64,000 nt of DNA from Eledone cirrhosa. Its lineage: Eukaryota. The stretch spans positions 354,206,001 to 354,270,000 of the forward strand of contig OZ024740.1 of the NCBI GenBank assembly GCA_964016885.1, written 5' to 3'. The position numbers were made by a program, and so were the translations under genes. Below, one piece after another: positions 44,113 through 56,746 of the stretch (its first letter is position 1; each line of letters begins with the position of its first letter). The notes under the pieces were generated by a model. The model was not told the origin of the DNA, made no database searches, and saw only the letters and a program-made list of their open reading frames with translations.

Positions 44113-44959
44113 TGTCTATTTCAGATGATCATGTAGTATTTATAACTGAGTGAAGCAATATAGAATTATATGTTTAGCCTAAATATATGGTTAACATAAG
44201 GAACCCAAGTGGATAGAGTTTCTCTTTTAAGTGTTTGAAGACTGATTTGATAACCACCATCATGACATTTGATTAATGTGCCTTATGTTTTGAAGCGGAT
44301 TGGTCAGCAAATACCTTACTTTTAATATCTTATTAAACTACTGCTGATCCAGCCTTAATAGTTTAACACAGTGTTCCTGCTGAAAGTTTCTTTGAAGCAC
44401 CTAAATACTAGGGATTATATTCTTGAAAGTAAAAAAAATATCTATCCCATATCCTCCCTGGTACTCATGGCTTATGTTATATGTTAGCCAAAACTAAGTA
44501 GATTTTTAATAGCAGAGGGTCTTTTTCAATCTTTTGGTCTTTCAACTTCCACTAATGTTCAGTGTAAATTTCTCAAGCTCTTCAATGCTTCAGAAATTTT
44601 TGGAGAGTGGCATAGTTGTTGGGATGGATTTTTCTGATGCCAATTGTAATATAGAGAAATCTTTTGATCTATAGTAGAGTCTTAGTCTTAAGTCTTCTTC
44701 TTGCACTGGGCAATAAGCATCCTCCAGTACACACAATCTGCTGCTGCTCTTTTGCATGTTCCAAGTGATGTCGATATGCTTCAGATGTCTTGAAATGTCC
44801 TGTCATGCGTAGTTACAATGTAGTAGAAGGGAGATAACTCCCTACCCCTGAAAGTAAAATAGAAATCAAAGTCAGAATATCACACCTCTACACATCTCAG
44901 TCCTGATCTTAGTTGCTTGGGTAAAGTGGAAGTCGATAATTTCTATTGCTGCATCGAAG

Positions 44960-45520
44960 TTCTACACCACTCACTGATTAACATCTGTTAATGCATTAGC
45001 AAGTTGTGTTTCTGCTTCTTGATGGTTTTGATTGTCAGATTCACATGTGCTGCTCTATCTGGAAGGAGTTTCCATGAATCATGGGCGAGTTCCTAATTGA
45101 TCTGCTGCCTTATAATCATTGATCCCTTTATTTCAGTTACTGTGAAGAGCAGAGGATCAAAGAGAGTGTTGGTCTTTCACTTTCTTTGTCTTATGAGCAC
45201 CTTGTTGCCAACATGTATCTGATGCTCTATGACATGGTTTTGTTTTGCAACTGGATGATTTGATTGTGCATTGCTCCTGTTGATACTGCTTTCACATTAA
45301 ACTCTTTGGTTGATATTGTATGATTAAACAGGCTTTCAGCTGGGCTGACACCAGTCATACTGTTTGGAATTGCACGATAATTCAGCAGAAAGTTGTGGTC
45401 CTGTCTGTCAGTATAAGCAGTGCAGGCTACATTGCCTAACATGTGCATAAAGATTTTAGCAAGTCCATTGATCTCAAGGTGTTGTACTACTGGTGTTATA
45501 CCTGTCAGAATATCACAGTA
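44960..45520 (-). mobile_element. Gypsy-like LTR retrotransposon integrase C-terminal remnant
   Basis: FLLNYRAIPNSMTGVSPAESLFNHTISTK fits YR.TPH.TTG.SPAELL. No LTRs found. Confidence 0.65.
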
Positions 45521-46671
45521 TCCTGCTGCTGCTCACAGAAAGCATCTTTTGTCATGTCATCAGTGTCTATAGTTGGAACATAGACCTTCACCAGAGTCGT
45601 TATTGCTGAGCCCCATGCCAATACTGTGCATATGCTGGCCTTCATGGCTGGAGTAGTAGTTACAAGACATTTTCATGAACATACATATGACTTTCTTGAA
45701 TCTGAATAAAATAAAAATAAATTTTAACTTAACTTTTGTCTGTTTATTTTTGATAAAAAAAAAAGTTTTATTTATAAATAGAAACCTTAAGATGTTTCAA
45801 GTGTTGTTTTGCTAGGAAGAAGAAGAAAAAACAATGTTGTAATCTAAGATAAATAGTACAAATGTAAAGTTTGAACTAATATTAATTAGTTTGGCAAAAT
45901 GTATACAAGATATTCATTCAATTTGTGTTAGAAATGTCTGCTGGGGGTCATCAATCAATGAATTAAAGCTGAGATTTAAAACAGTCGTCGTGTTGGTATA
46001 CCTCATTACATATTTAACTTCATTCTCTTTTCCTTCTCACTCACTATACGTTTTTCCTCTTCTCTCATTCTGTCTACACTCCAAACAAACCTATATAGAA
46101 CATAAGGGATATAACTATCTCAGCATTCACTTATAAACCAAATGCTTAACACCTCAACCATTTGTTAACATATTTCTAATGAAAGACACTACCTGTAATT
46201 TGGAAATTATTCAGAATTTGGAGGCATTTTGTAAATATAGCTAAATTTTTCATAATTGGAACATAACAAAGGTTCTTACATAAACTTATGTTTTAAAGAA
46301 ACACTCCTTACCCGCTTTGTATTGTAGAACCAGAGGTGTGGGGGGCTTAATATCCAAAGGACTAAGAAACACCACAAGTCAATGAGAGCTTCAACATGGC
46401 TTACTTAATTTGCTAGAGATAACAGCTAAATATTTGTAATCATATACCATCTAAAAAAAATGCATAATGTAGTTCTCATCTTTTATCTATGTCCTTTTAT
46501 ATCAGCATGGGTTGGATAGATCTTACCACTAGACATTCTCTCTTTGCTCAGGAAGAATTCAGCAGTATACAAACCTGAAGTAGGATATGTTCTGTTAGGT
46601 TTTAATTGGCCAAGAAACATTATGTGACTACAGTACCCCTATGACTTCACCAGGAGTTATGAGTCCATATA

Positions 46672-46748
46672 CAGGGTGTCCCCCAAAAATGTATACACAC
46701 TTCAACAGCATTCTAATAAATGTGTATACATTTTTTGGGGGACACCTG
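46672..46748. mobile_element. 77-bp Tc1/mariner-type MITE
   Basis: TA-CAGGGTGTCCCCCAAAAATGTATACACA ... TGTGTATACATTTTTTGGGGGACACCTG-TA. Confidence 0.8.
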
Positions 46749-46830
46749 TATATCTGGGTTTACTATGAACTATGAACAAAGCTTGTTTATGTGTGTATGT
46801 ATGTATATATATATGTATATGTATGTATAT

Positions 46831-49094
46831 ATCATCATTACCGTTTTACGTCCGTTCTTCCACGCTAGCATGGGTTAGACGGGTTGTCCTGTTGTGGGCA
46901 GTGTCTGGTCGGCTGACCATGCCTTGCTCATGCAGGAACTGATTTGGCTTGATTTCTACAGCTGGATGCCCTTCCTAACATCAACCTCATTTACAGTGTG
47001 TGCTGGGTGCTTTTTCGTGGCGCCTACACTTCCACTTTACAGTGTGGTAGGGTGCTTTTTTGCCGTGGCACCTCCACGACCACCTTGCAGTGGGTGGTGT
47101 GGGGGCATATTGTCTATATGCTTCAGTTTGTACCCATGGGAGGTCGGGTACTCTGTATTACTGCGTGACGCCAGAGGTCACGGTCGTGTGTCATCGCCTT
47201 TGAGGTGTAATTGGGTAAGGTCGGCTTTTATCACCTCATCCCAGGTCATCTTGGGTCTCCCCACTCCGCGGTTTCCATCGACTTCTAGTGCTCTGCACCT
47301 TTTTATGCAGCTGTCATCCTTCATACGCATCACATGTCCATACCAACGCAACCGCCTCTCCTGCACACAGCATTTGATTCCTCTTATGCTCAGTCTCTCT
47401 CTCAATTCATTTATGCTTTGTCGTTCGCGTATATTACTATTACACATCCATCGGAGCAAGCAGGCTTCGTTTCTCTCTAATCTACATAAGTCTTCCACCT
47501 TCAGCGCCCTGGTCTGACTACCATGCAACATCGCTGTTCGGATACACGCATCATACAGTCTGCCTTTCATTTTGAGGGAGAAGCCTTTTGCAGCTAGCAG
47601 TGGTAGTAGTTCCCTAAACTTCTTCCATCCCGTTCTTACCACAGTTATTATACTTTCTGAACACCCACCTCCGCTGCTAATTCTGTCACCTAGGTAGCAG
47701 AAGCTGTCTACTGTTTCTACAGAGCCCTCCCAGAGATTGGTGGTACTTGTTTCCTGTGGCTGTTTGCTGCTTGCTGTCCCAGCACAGCTGCTGCATGAGA
47801 AGCCTACATTCTTAATTAAGCTTCCTGAGATCCCGCTACATCTCTTGTGTATAACCGTCACAATGTTGTCCAACGTGACCATTTAGGTCGCCAGCAAAAA
47901 TTATATAGTCACTGTCGGTTATTTGGGAGGTAGTGAGCATCAGTGTTTCATAGAATCTGTCTTTTATAGCGCCAGGCAGTCCGGATTGGGGCGCGTACGC
48001 AAATATTACTGTCACAGTAGTTCTATTTAGAACAAGTCTTATTTTAATTATTCTGTCATTAACTCTATTTACGTCTATTATCTTATCCACCCATTTTTCT
48101 GCTAACATGATTCCTACCCCACCCAGCCCATTGTCATTTCCCACCCAGAAAAGCTTATAGCATCGTTTTTTACCCACAATGAATCTAGCAGACCCGCCCC
48201 TCCACCTGGTCTCTTGGATACAGAAAACATCAACCTCCTTACGTTCAAGCATTTCTACAACCTCGTTAGAGCGGCCTTTTAAGGTGCCTACATTCATGGT
48301 ACCAACTCTGAAGTTTTGGATTGTGTTTGGTGGGTGAGGCGCAGGGAGGGGTGATGGGGATAGGGTTGGGGTTATGTTGGCCATCTGCGGCCGCAACAAA
48401 GAGGAGGGCACCTTGCCCTTTCGTCCGGCAGCATGAGGTGAATTTGTCGTTATCTTTGGCATTTGTCTTCGAGTGTCCAGATTCTTCAGACTCTCCAGAA
48501 ATTCCTTAGTCCATCCATCATATCGAAAAGCACCCAGAAGTGATAGCATAGGCCGTTGACTTGTGATTGGTCCAAATAATAAAGGTGGAGAGTGGGGGTG
48601 GGCGGGGGGGGGGGGGGGTATGGGGTAGTTAGCGAGGAGAAGATTATTTAGAACAGTCAGACAGAATTATAGAATAGCAATTAAGAAGTAGGATTTGGAT
48701 TCTGGGCGATTATCCAGATATATGGATGAATGAACCGAAGGGTGGGGAGGCAAGAAGAAAATGGTATTTTTACATTACATTTCGTAGAAGTTAGTAGAAG
48801 TGGACTGACCATTAATAAGAGTTGACAAATTCTGAGATTTGTCCCTCGTAACAGGTTTATTTATATTTGGTGCGAGTAGGGAGTGAGAGAGAGAGAGAGG
48901 GACATAATATGATAGAGACAGCACGTATATGATAGAGAGGGGGGGTGATAGCGATATAGAGGGCCGAGAGAAGCCATTTTTATAAATCCTGGAAAAATTT
49001 TCGGCCAAAATGGTAGCGAGAAGATTATTTAGAACAGTCAGACAGAATTATAGAATAGCAATTAAGAAGTAGGATTTGGATTCTGGGCGATTAT
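46831..49094 (-). mobile_element. Internally deleted RTE LINE retaining 5'UTR, N-terminal half of APE, half of the PHD, the C-terminus and 3'UTR; RT absent
   Basis: ORF 47836-48549 (VGTMNVGTL, CIQETRW, AYAPQ, GDLNGHVG) is joined directly to HKRCSG...WYGHV. TA flanks. Confidence 0.9.
48637..49094. repeat. 77-bp identical direct repeat (48637-48713 and 49018-49094) in the 5' region of an RTE
   Basis: GAGAAGATTATTTAGAACAGTCAG...CTGGGCGATTAT occurs twice. Confidence 0.92.
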
Positions 49095-49142
49095 ACATAT
49101 ATATATATAACCGATAAGGTTTAATATCATTATATATACATA

Positions 49143-51634
49143 TCATCATCATCATCATCATCATCGTTTAACGTCCGTGTTCCACGCTTGCATGGGTTTG
49201 GACGGGAGTTTTCCCACTTGAGGCAAGAGTAATTGTCTTGCTCGCATAGGACTGTCTGGCGGGTTTTCTACAGCTGGATGCCCTTCCTAACACCAACCAC
49301 ATTTACAGTGTGGGGCTGGGAGGTTTTTACCGTGTTGCCTACACGGCCACATTACAGCGTAGACTGTGTGTTTTTTTGTCGTGACACCTACACGATCTCA
49401 TTTGTTTCGGCCTGGATGTTGTGGCACCAACATAAACTTTACATTGAAAGGGGCGGTGTGGATGGGGTGGGGGGTGGGGGTATTTTGTTAGAGATGCCTA
49501 CTGACTGTAGTAGGTTTTACTTTGTATTTAGGTAAGGCGGGTCTTCTCTATTACTGAGTACTGCCAAAGGTCTCGGTCCAGTGACATTGTCTTGGAGAGG
49601 TGTAAGTGTGTGAGGTTGGAATTTATCAGCTCGTCCCAGGTTTTTCTGGGTCTGCCTACTCCGTGGCTACCGTCTATCTTTATTGAACCTGCACTTTGTT
49701 ATACAGCTGTCGTCTTTCATGCGCATCACGTGACCATACCAACGTAGCCTTCTCTCGAGTAAACAACATCTGATCCCTCTTATTTCTAATTTTTTCCTTA
49801 GTTTGTTTATGCTTTGCCATTCACGTATATTACTATTACACATCCAGCGGAGCATGCAAGCTTCATTCCTCTCTAGTCTACGTATATCCTCTGCACACAA
49901 TGCCCAAGTCTCACTGCCATGCAACATTACTGTTCGTATGCAGGCATCATACAACCTGCCTTTCATTTTTAGGGAGAACCCTTTAGCGGCTAATAGTGGT
50001 ATAAGCTCTCTGAACTTTTTCCATCCAGTTCTGACTCTAGCTACTGTACTTTCAGAGCACCCTCCCCCACTGCTGATTTTGTCACCCAGGTAATGGAAGC
50101 TGTCCACTATTTCTATAGAACCCTCTGCGCAATTGAAAGAGCTAGTATTTTGTGGGCACTTGCTGCTACTTATTGCACTAGAGCACCGGCCACATGTAAA
50201 ATCTATGTTCTTAGTTAGCTTACCTGTGATCCCACTACATCTTTTATGCACCCATACTTTGCATTTGGGACATAAAATGGAGTTTCTACCTACACCTTTC
50301 CTACACACTGAGCATGGCCATTTCCCGGAAGGGACCGGCGCCTTATTTTCTTTCCTACAAACTAGAACTTTAGTCTTAGCCAGGTTAATTTTAAGGCCTT
50401 TTGATTCTAGGCCATGCTTCCATGTTTGGAATTTCTTCTCTAGCTCGGCCATTGATTCAGCTATGAGCGTTAGATCATCTGCGTATAGGAGTTCCCATGG
50501 GCAGCCGGTCTTGAACTCCTCTGTTATAGCCTGAAGGGCAATAATAAATAGTAGGGGGCTAAGAACAGAGCCCTGATGGACACCAACTTTTACGCTAAAC
50601 TCTTCACTATATTCGTTGTCAATTCTAACCTTGCTGACTGTTTCTTTATACATGGCTTGTATAGCTCTCACAAGCCATTCGTCAACACCGAGTTTTCTAA
50701 GCTAAGTATAGGGGTTTACTTTTAGCTAGGTACTTCTCCTGTAGTTGTCGTACAATGAAAAGAGCGTCTGTGGTACTTTTGCCTGACACAAAGCCGAACT
50801 GCATTTCATCTAGATCAATTCTCTCTCTGATTAGTTGCGCTATTACTTTTTCCGTGACCTTCATGACCTGGTCGATTAATTTAATGCCTCTATAGTTACT
50901 CCTATCTAGGGAATCTCCTTTACCCTTATAACAGTTAATGATGATGCTGCTACGCCAGTCCTTCGGAACAACCCCATTCTGTATGACTTGGTTTACTATC
51001 CGGGTGACCATGGTGTGTCCCACCGTTCCAAAGGCTTTCAGCATCTCAGCAACTATTTCCGAAGGCCCAGCCGCCTTACCTGTCTTCATATCTTTGATTG
51101 CTTTACTTATTATACTACCTTAGACTAACACTGCTGGTCCCTCTATTGGGTCGATGTGGGGGAGACTGTCTTTCTCCCATTTATTCTCCTCATTTAGTAG
51201 CCTTTCGTAGTGACACTTCCAAGCTACCTTCTTATCAGCGTCGGTGATGGCAAGTATGCCATCATCATTAAGTACACACTTCTCCCCGACAATATCATGG
51301 TTTTCCTTGACACATTGCCTAGCAATCCTGAACACCTCACGTTTTTGGTCCTCACGTTGTAGAACATGCTTGAACTTTCTTTCCTCTGCTTCCCTTCTTG
51401 CGAAGTATACTTGTCTCCTAGCTTCCCTCCTGGCCACTTGATAGTCTTCTCTACTTCCCCCATCCCGCCATACTTTCCAAGCCTGCTTTTTGTCCTTAAT
51501 TGACCCCTCCACCTTACTGTTCCACCACTATGTTACTCTCCTCCTGCCTACAGGCCTGCTCCAGCCACAGACTTCGTCTACCGCCATCAGCAGGTTTGCT
51601 TTCAGGAATTCCCACTGTTCCTCTATATTGTACG
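49143..51634 (-). mobile_element. RTE LINE (PHD-type subfamily 1), 5'-truncated, with a small RT deletion near 50699
   Basis: ORFs 49667-50671, 50697-51089 and 51120-51512, (ATG)n tail, TA flanks. Confidence 0.95.
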
Positions 51635-51676
<42 letters not shown>

Positions 51677-51759
51677 TGATGTGCTCTCTTTCTCTTAACT
51701 TTGAGTTTACTGTTGATTGGCCAGTGGAAAGGTTGAAAAGAAAGGACATTCTCGTCGTC

Positions 51760-52130
51760 TCTTGTGTAAGCATCCATCCTTTGAATGTTTTACAAATTCT
51801 GAAGGTTCCAGATATTGCAGCCATTTGTAGCTTATGAATTAAGGAGCGATGTTCTTTCTCCACAAATCCAAGCTTAGTTATACTTTGATCCAGGCGGGTT
51901 GGTATATAACCAGTAGCTCCAATAATGATGAGTATAAAGCTAAGCATGTATCTTGAATACTACGTCTGCAAATTCTTCAGCAATGGTCCATATATATCAA
52001 GCCGCATGTGCTTTAAGTTTTATTTTTAGTTTCCACCTGTATTCCTTTGAGCCATCAGTTTCAACATATTCCTCCCTATTTGATTTTGTTTTTGTATTCC
52101 ATTATGCATTCCAGATCGTTCTAGCTATTA
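51760..52130 (-). mobile_element. R4/Dong/NeSL-like RLE non-LTR retrotransposon C-terminal remnant
   Basis: IIIGATGYIPTRL...LG...IHKLQMAAISGTFRICKTF. Confidence 0.6.
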
Positions 52131-52152
52131 CATCATGCTTCATGGGTGTATT

Positions 52153-52191
<39 letters not shown>

Positions 52192-52817
52192 ATTCAACAA
52201 GTAAAAACAACACAGGAGAATGATATATAGAATGATGATATATATTAGTTTAATGCTTGATATAGTTGGAAAAATGTTTTGGACATTAGTCCTTCATCAG
52301 AAGAGATGAAATAGAAAGAAGAAAGGAAGAAACAGTATTTTCTTTTTTACTGGAGGAAAGCACATGTATTTAGTCAGCTACTTTGGAGAAGTTTAGGTCA
52401 GAATGTATCTTAGATAGAGTTTTAAAACAGGTGATCATCAGTGTAAACAGAAGCCTAGTGGCTGAGCATTTAGTTTTGCAAAGGTTCATAACTTACTTAA
52501 AAAATAAGGACTCTGCCTCAAAAAGCTTCATCCGAACCATGCTACCATAGAAAAACAGACTTAAAACCAATGATGGTAATGATATGCAAGTTACTGTAGT
52601 ATTGCCATTTTCTCTTTGAGAAATTAACCAGACTCAATAAAAATTATATAATGATGTATAGAGTAGTAACCCCAAGAAATTAGATTGGATATTTGATGAG
52701 GTGCTCACTGCTTGAGAATTCTTATTTGTGGCATAGAAAATATGAAGACCAAGTATAGCTTAAGTTATGAAATACAAGGTTATGTCTGATTCATTGGTAT
52801 TATGATGCAAGGGTGGA

Positions 52818-53231
52818 AGGGCGGTGGATTGGCAGTATCGGTAGAGGGTCGGACGCTATGCTTTGCAGCACAGAGTTACGCCCCTTTATGATCTGAGTTC
52901 AAATCCTGCCAAGGTTAACTTTGCCTTTCATTCTTACGGGGTTGATAAAATAAAGTACCAGTCACGCACTGGGGTCGATTTAATCGACTTACTCCTCCCC
53001 CAAAATTGCTGGCCTTGTGCCTATATAAGAAACCATTATGATGCAAGGGTGGATTGGCAGTATCGGTAGAGGGTCGGATGTCATGCTTTGACACATAGAG
53101 TTATGGCCCTTTCTATTCTGAGTTCAAATCCCACCGAGGTCAACTTTGCCTTTCATCCTTACGGGGGTCGATAAAATAAAGTACCAGTAATGTACTGGGT
53201 AATTGCTGGCCTTGTGCCAAAAGTAGAAACA
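52818..53231 (+). mobile_element. Two tandem tRNA-derived SINEs
   Basis: Two complete units, with ATTATGATGCAAG present three times. Confidence 0.9.
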
Positions 53232-56200
53232 ATTATGATGCAAGTTGCAACTGTTGATTGACAGGCTATTCAAAGGATCAATTTAGCAAGTGCTGGATGC
53301 TGGTTATCTAGCAACAATAACATCATCATCATTATCAGCAGCAGTATTATCATCATCAATAACAACATCATCATTTCATCATTACCATCAGCAGCACTAT
53401 CATCATCAACAACAACATCATCAATAACAGCAACAATGAACCAGTATTAGCAATAGTAATGCCAATGAACACATATGGCATGAGACATTTGAGAGACTTG
53501 TTCCTTTTAATTGTTTCCATTATGTATTTCTTTCTAGTTTCCTTCTTTTTCCTCCTAAAAATATTTTATCTTCAATCTTTCATCATCATCATCACTTTAT
53601 GTGTGCTTTCCATGCTGGCAAGAGTTAGACAGGTAGTCACAGTCTGAGACCAGACAAGTAGGAACAACCAATGTTTGCTCGTTATGTTCCTTATTTGGCA
53701 TGGTATTTATAGCTAGACGCCCTTCCTAATGCCAACTACCTTACAGAGTGTACTGGGTGCTTTTTTTATGACGATAGTACTACCATTTTACAGAGTAGAC
53801 TGGTTGCATTTTATCATTTCTTCAACACTAACACTTTATAGTGTGTACTGGATGCATTCTAATATGGTTTCAACACTAGAGAAGTTGTCACATGTCAGGC
53901 CTGACTGAAGAGTCCTCTTAAACCCTGTATTGTCTCCATTTAATTGCCAAACACTGTAACCTGCTGTCTCTCACTGCATTTGATTTTAGTGTTATAGTGG
54001 TTGTACCAGTGCACAGGTCTTTTGTGTTATAGCATATCACCATAATATTGCAATGCTTGTAGTAGTGCATGAGTCTTTTGTATTTGCTAATAGGATAATA
54101 TGAAAATATTAGGATAGTAAAATCAGACAAATAAATCAGTCTCACATACATGTACACTAGGTCCAAACACAGAGGAACCAAATTACCACTGTCACTGCCT
54201 CCATCTCTCCCCATATAGCATATCACCATAACATTGCAGTACTAGTATTATGCATGAATCTTTTGATATCACCATGGTGTTGCAGTGCTTGTACTGGTGG
54301 ATGTTTTTTTTTTATTATAGCATATCATCATAACATTAAAAATAAAGTTATAACTTCCTTTAGCTGAAGCTAGAAGTTAAATTCAATCAGATGGTGATGA
54401 GATAACTGTCAACAAATGATTTTAATCTCATCTTTCATCAGGTTGCATTGCTCAACAAAATGAAATCAATCAAGGACAGTTGTTTCCAATTTTGTACAGT
54501 ACTGATTAACTAATAAGCTTTCCACTGATTGGTTTATCTGTAAAGTAAATATTCCATCACAAGCTGACATTGCAGCCAGTAACATGTACTTTAATGTTCA
54601 TATTTTCATAACAGCAGACATTTATGTAAGACAGATACATCATTAATGTCATATTTATTAACTAATTTTAAAGATGGAAGCATCTATTGTTAATATGTTG
54701 CTAACAGTCAAACATTAAGTTGACACATACTGTACTACTGTAGTTCATGGATTAATCACAACAAGGGAATCATTTACTGTTCATACTTTGATAAAAGAGG
54801 AAAAATATGTGCTCTAAATACTTTATAACTATTTACAAAATGTTATCTATATAACATACTTACAACCAAAGAGTAAAAAATCTATTTAAATTTCAATATA
54901 AATTTACCATGTTTAAATAATTAAAAATGAATGCTACAATAATAAAAACATTATTAGACTGTAGTTTATGTTTTCCTCTAGAAACATCTCAACTCATATT
55001 TTTAAAGTTCAGAGAAGATAAACTTTAAATAATCTTATAGTAAAGACCACACAATTATGGATCAAAGGCAAGTGATTTGCTTCTTTTGTCCAGTAATATT
55101 CTGGTACAAATTATACATTTAAACAGTTGTATTATATAAAAAAAATTAATTTACCCTTTTATGCTTTTTAGCATTTAAACGGGCAAAATTTGTCCACTAT
55201 AAAGATATGTGATTTTTGTCCAAACTGGTCATAAGCTATCTTTGATGACATACTGCCTTCAGTAGCAGTTCACCACTTCTACTACTATCAAATTATACAG
55301 ATGACTATATTTGTTTCAGCATGTTCATATTTAAATCTATCAACATATGTAATACCTTTGACATTATGGATGCTGAAATGTTATGGTAAGGAAATGTTTG
55401 TCTTATGATCTGAATAACTACAAAATCAGAAAAGAATTTGTTACAAATCAATATTATGGAGGGTTTACTTAAATCTAATTATAAAATACAGTTTAAAAAA
55501 ATAATATTAATGGATTTATCTGATATAATTCTGGGATGACATACCAAGTTTATTTACTGGATAAAATACAAATTGTTTGAAACCAACAGAAATATATAAC
55601 ATATTTTGGTGACTATATACTACAAAGTAAGTAATATATATTATTTCTTTACTATCTTAAGAATCACTATTTCATAATTTACAGTTGATATTGTCACATC
55701 TAATTAATTTATTTTAAAATATAGTTTCACCCTTACGGGGTCGATAAAATAAAGTACCAGTAATGCACTGTGTAATTGCTGGCCTTGTGCCAAAAGTAGA
55801 AGCAATTAAAATATAGTTTGATGAACATATTTTTGAATATCATTTATATGATAATAGTCTAGATGAATATTGTTTAAAACTGGATATTCATTTCATTTAG
55901 TAAATGCCATTTTATTAAATTATAGTTATACTATGTTTATGTCAATATCATAATGTGATAATAATAGATAATGAAAATGACTGTGTACTGTGTTCAGGTG
56001 TACTACAACTCATTAAAGGTGCATGTATAGTACATAGAATAATGTACAAATGTCAGTAGAGTTACAATGTATGAGTCATGATATACTCAGATATATGCAT
56101 GCATGTGTATGGAGGGAGAATATCAGGTATAGTGTTGCCAAATTTTGGTAAGCATGGAAGTTTTGAAGGACCGAGTGTCCCGGCAGCTAATAACTGATGC

Positions 56201-56746
56201 AGATAGTTTGTTCCATGCTTCAGCAACTCTGAACATGAAAAAATGTTTCTGAAAGTGTTTGATATTAATGACATAGTTTCATACTTTGATCAGCCATTTC
56301 ATTTTGCTTATTCTTTTAGTTGTGACTTCATTGGCAACTATAGTTAATAGTCTATTAAATGATGATGAAGGGAAATAAAATAATAAGAAAAAAAGACACA
56401 CTTTTGACTAGGTAAAATAAGTTTTCAGTGCTTTTTTTTCTGGCTTATATCGTTTATAGATGTGATTCAACTATTTTAAAATAAATTAACATTTTTATGT
56501 TATTTAAATAGAATGTGACTTTTTTAACTATGACATTTTTCCTGGATTCAACAGGATAAGCTCCACCTTGCATTATTTACCCCTTTCTTTATTTTCAAAC
56601 CTATTTAAAGGTCAATTTGCATGGGAGTGTGTGTGATGTGTGTCTATTCATGTGCATGCAGGAGTATGACACAGGCTTCACAACCATGTAGTTCTGGGTT
56701 CAGTTCTGTAGTGCAGCACCTGGGACAAGTGTCTACTTCTATAGTC

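Noticed and set aside
54440-55630. Unique AT-rich region with splice-like signals (donor at about 55627)
   Set aside because: I found no sustained open frame. It could be UTR or lncRNA, but this cannot be supported from sequence alone.
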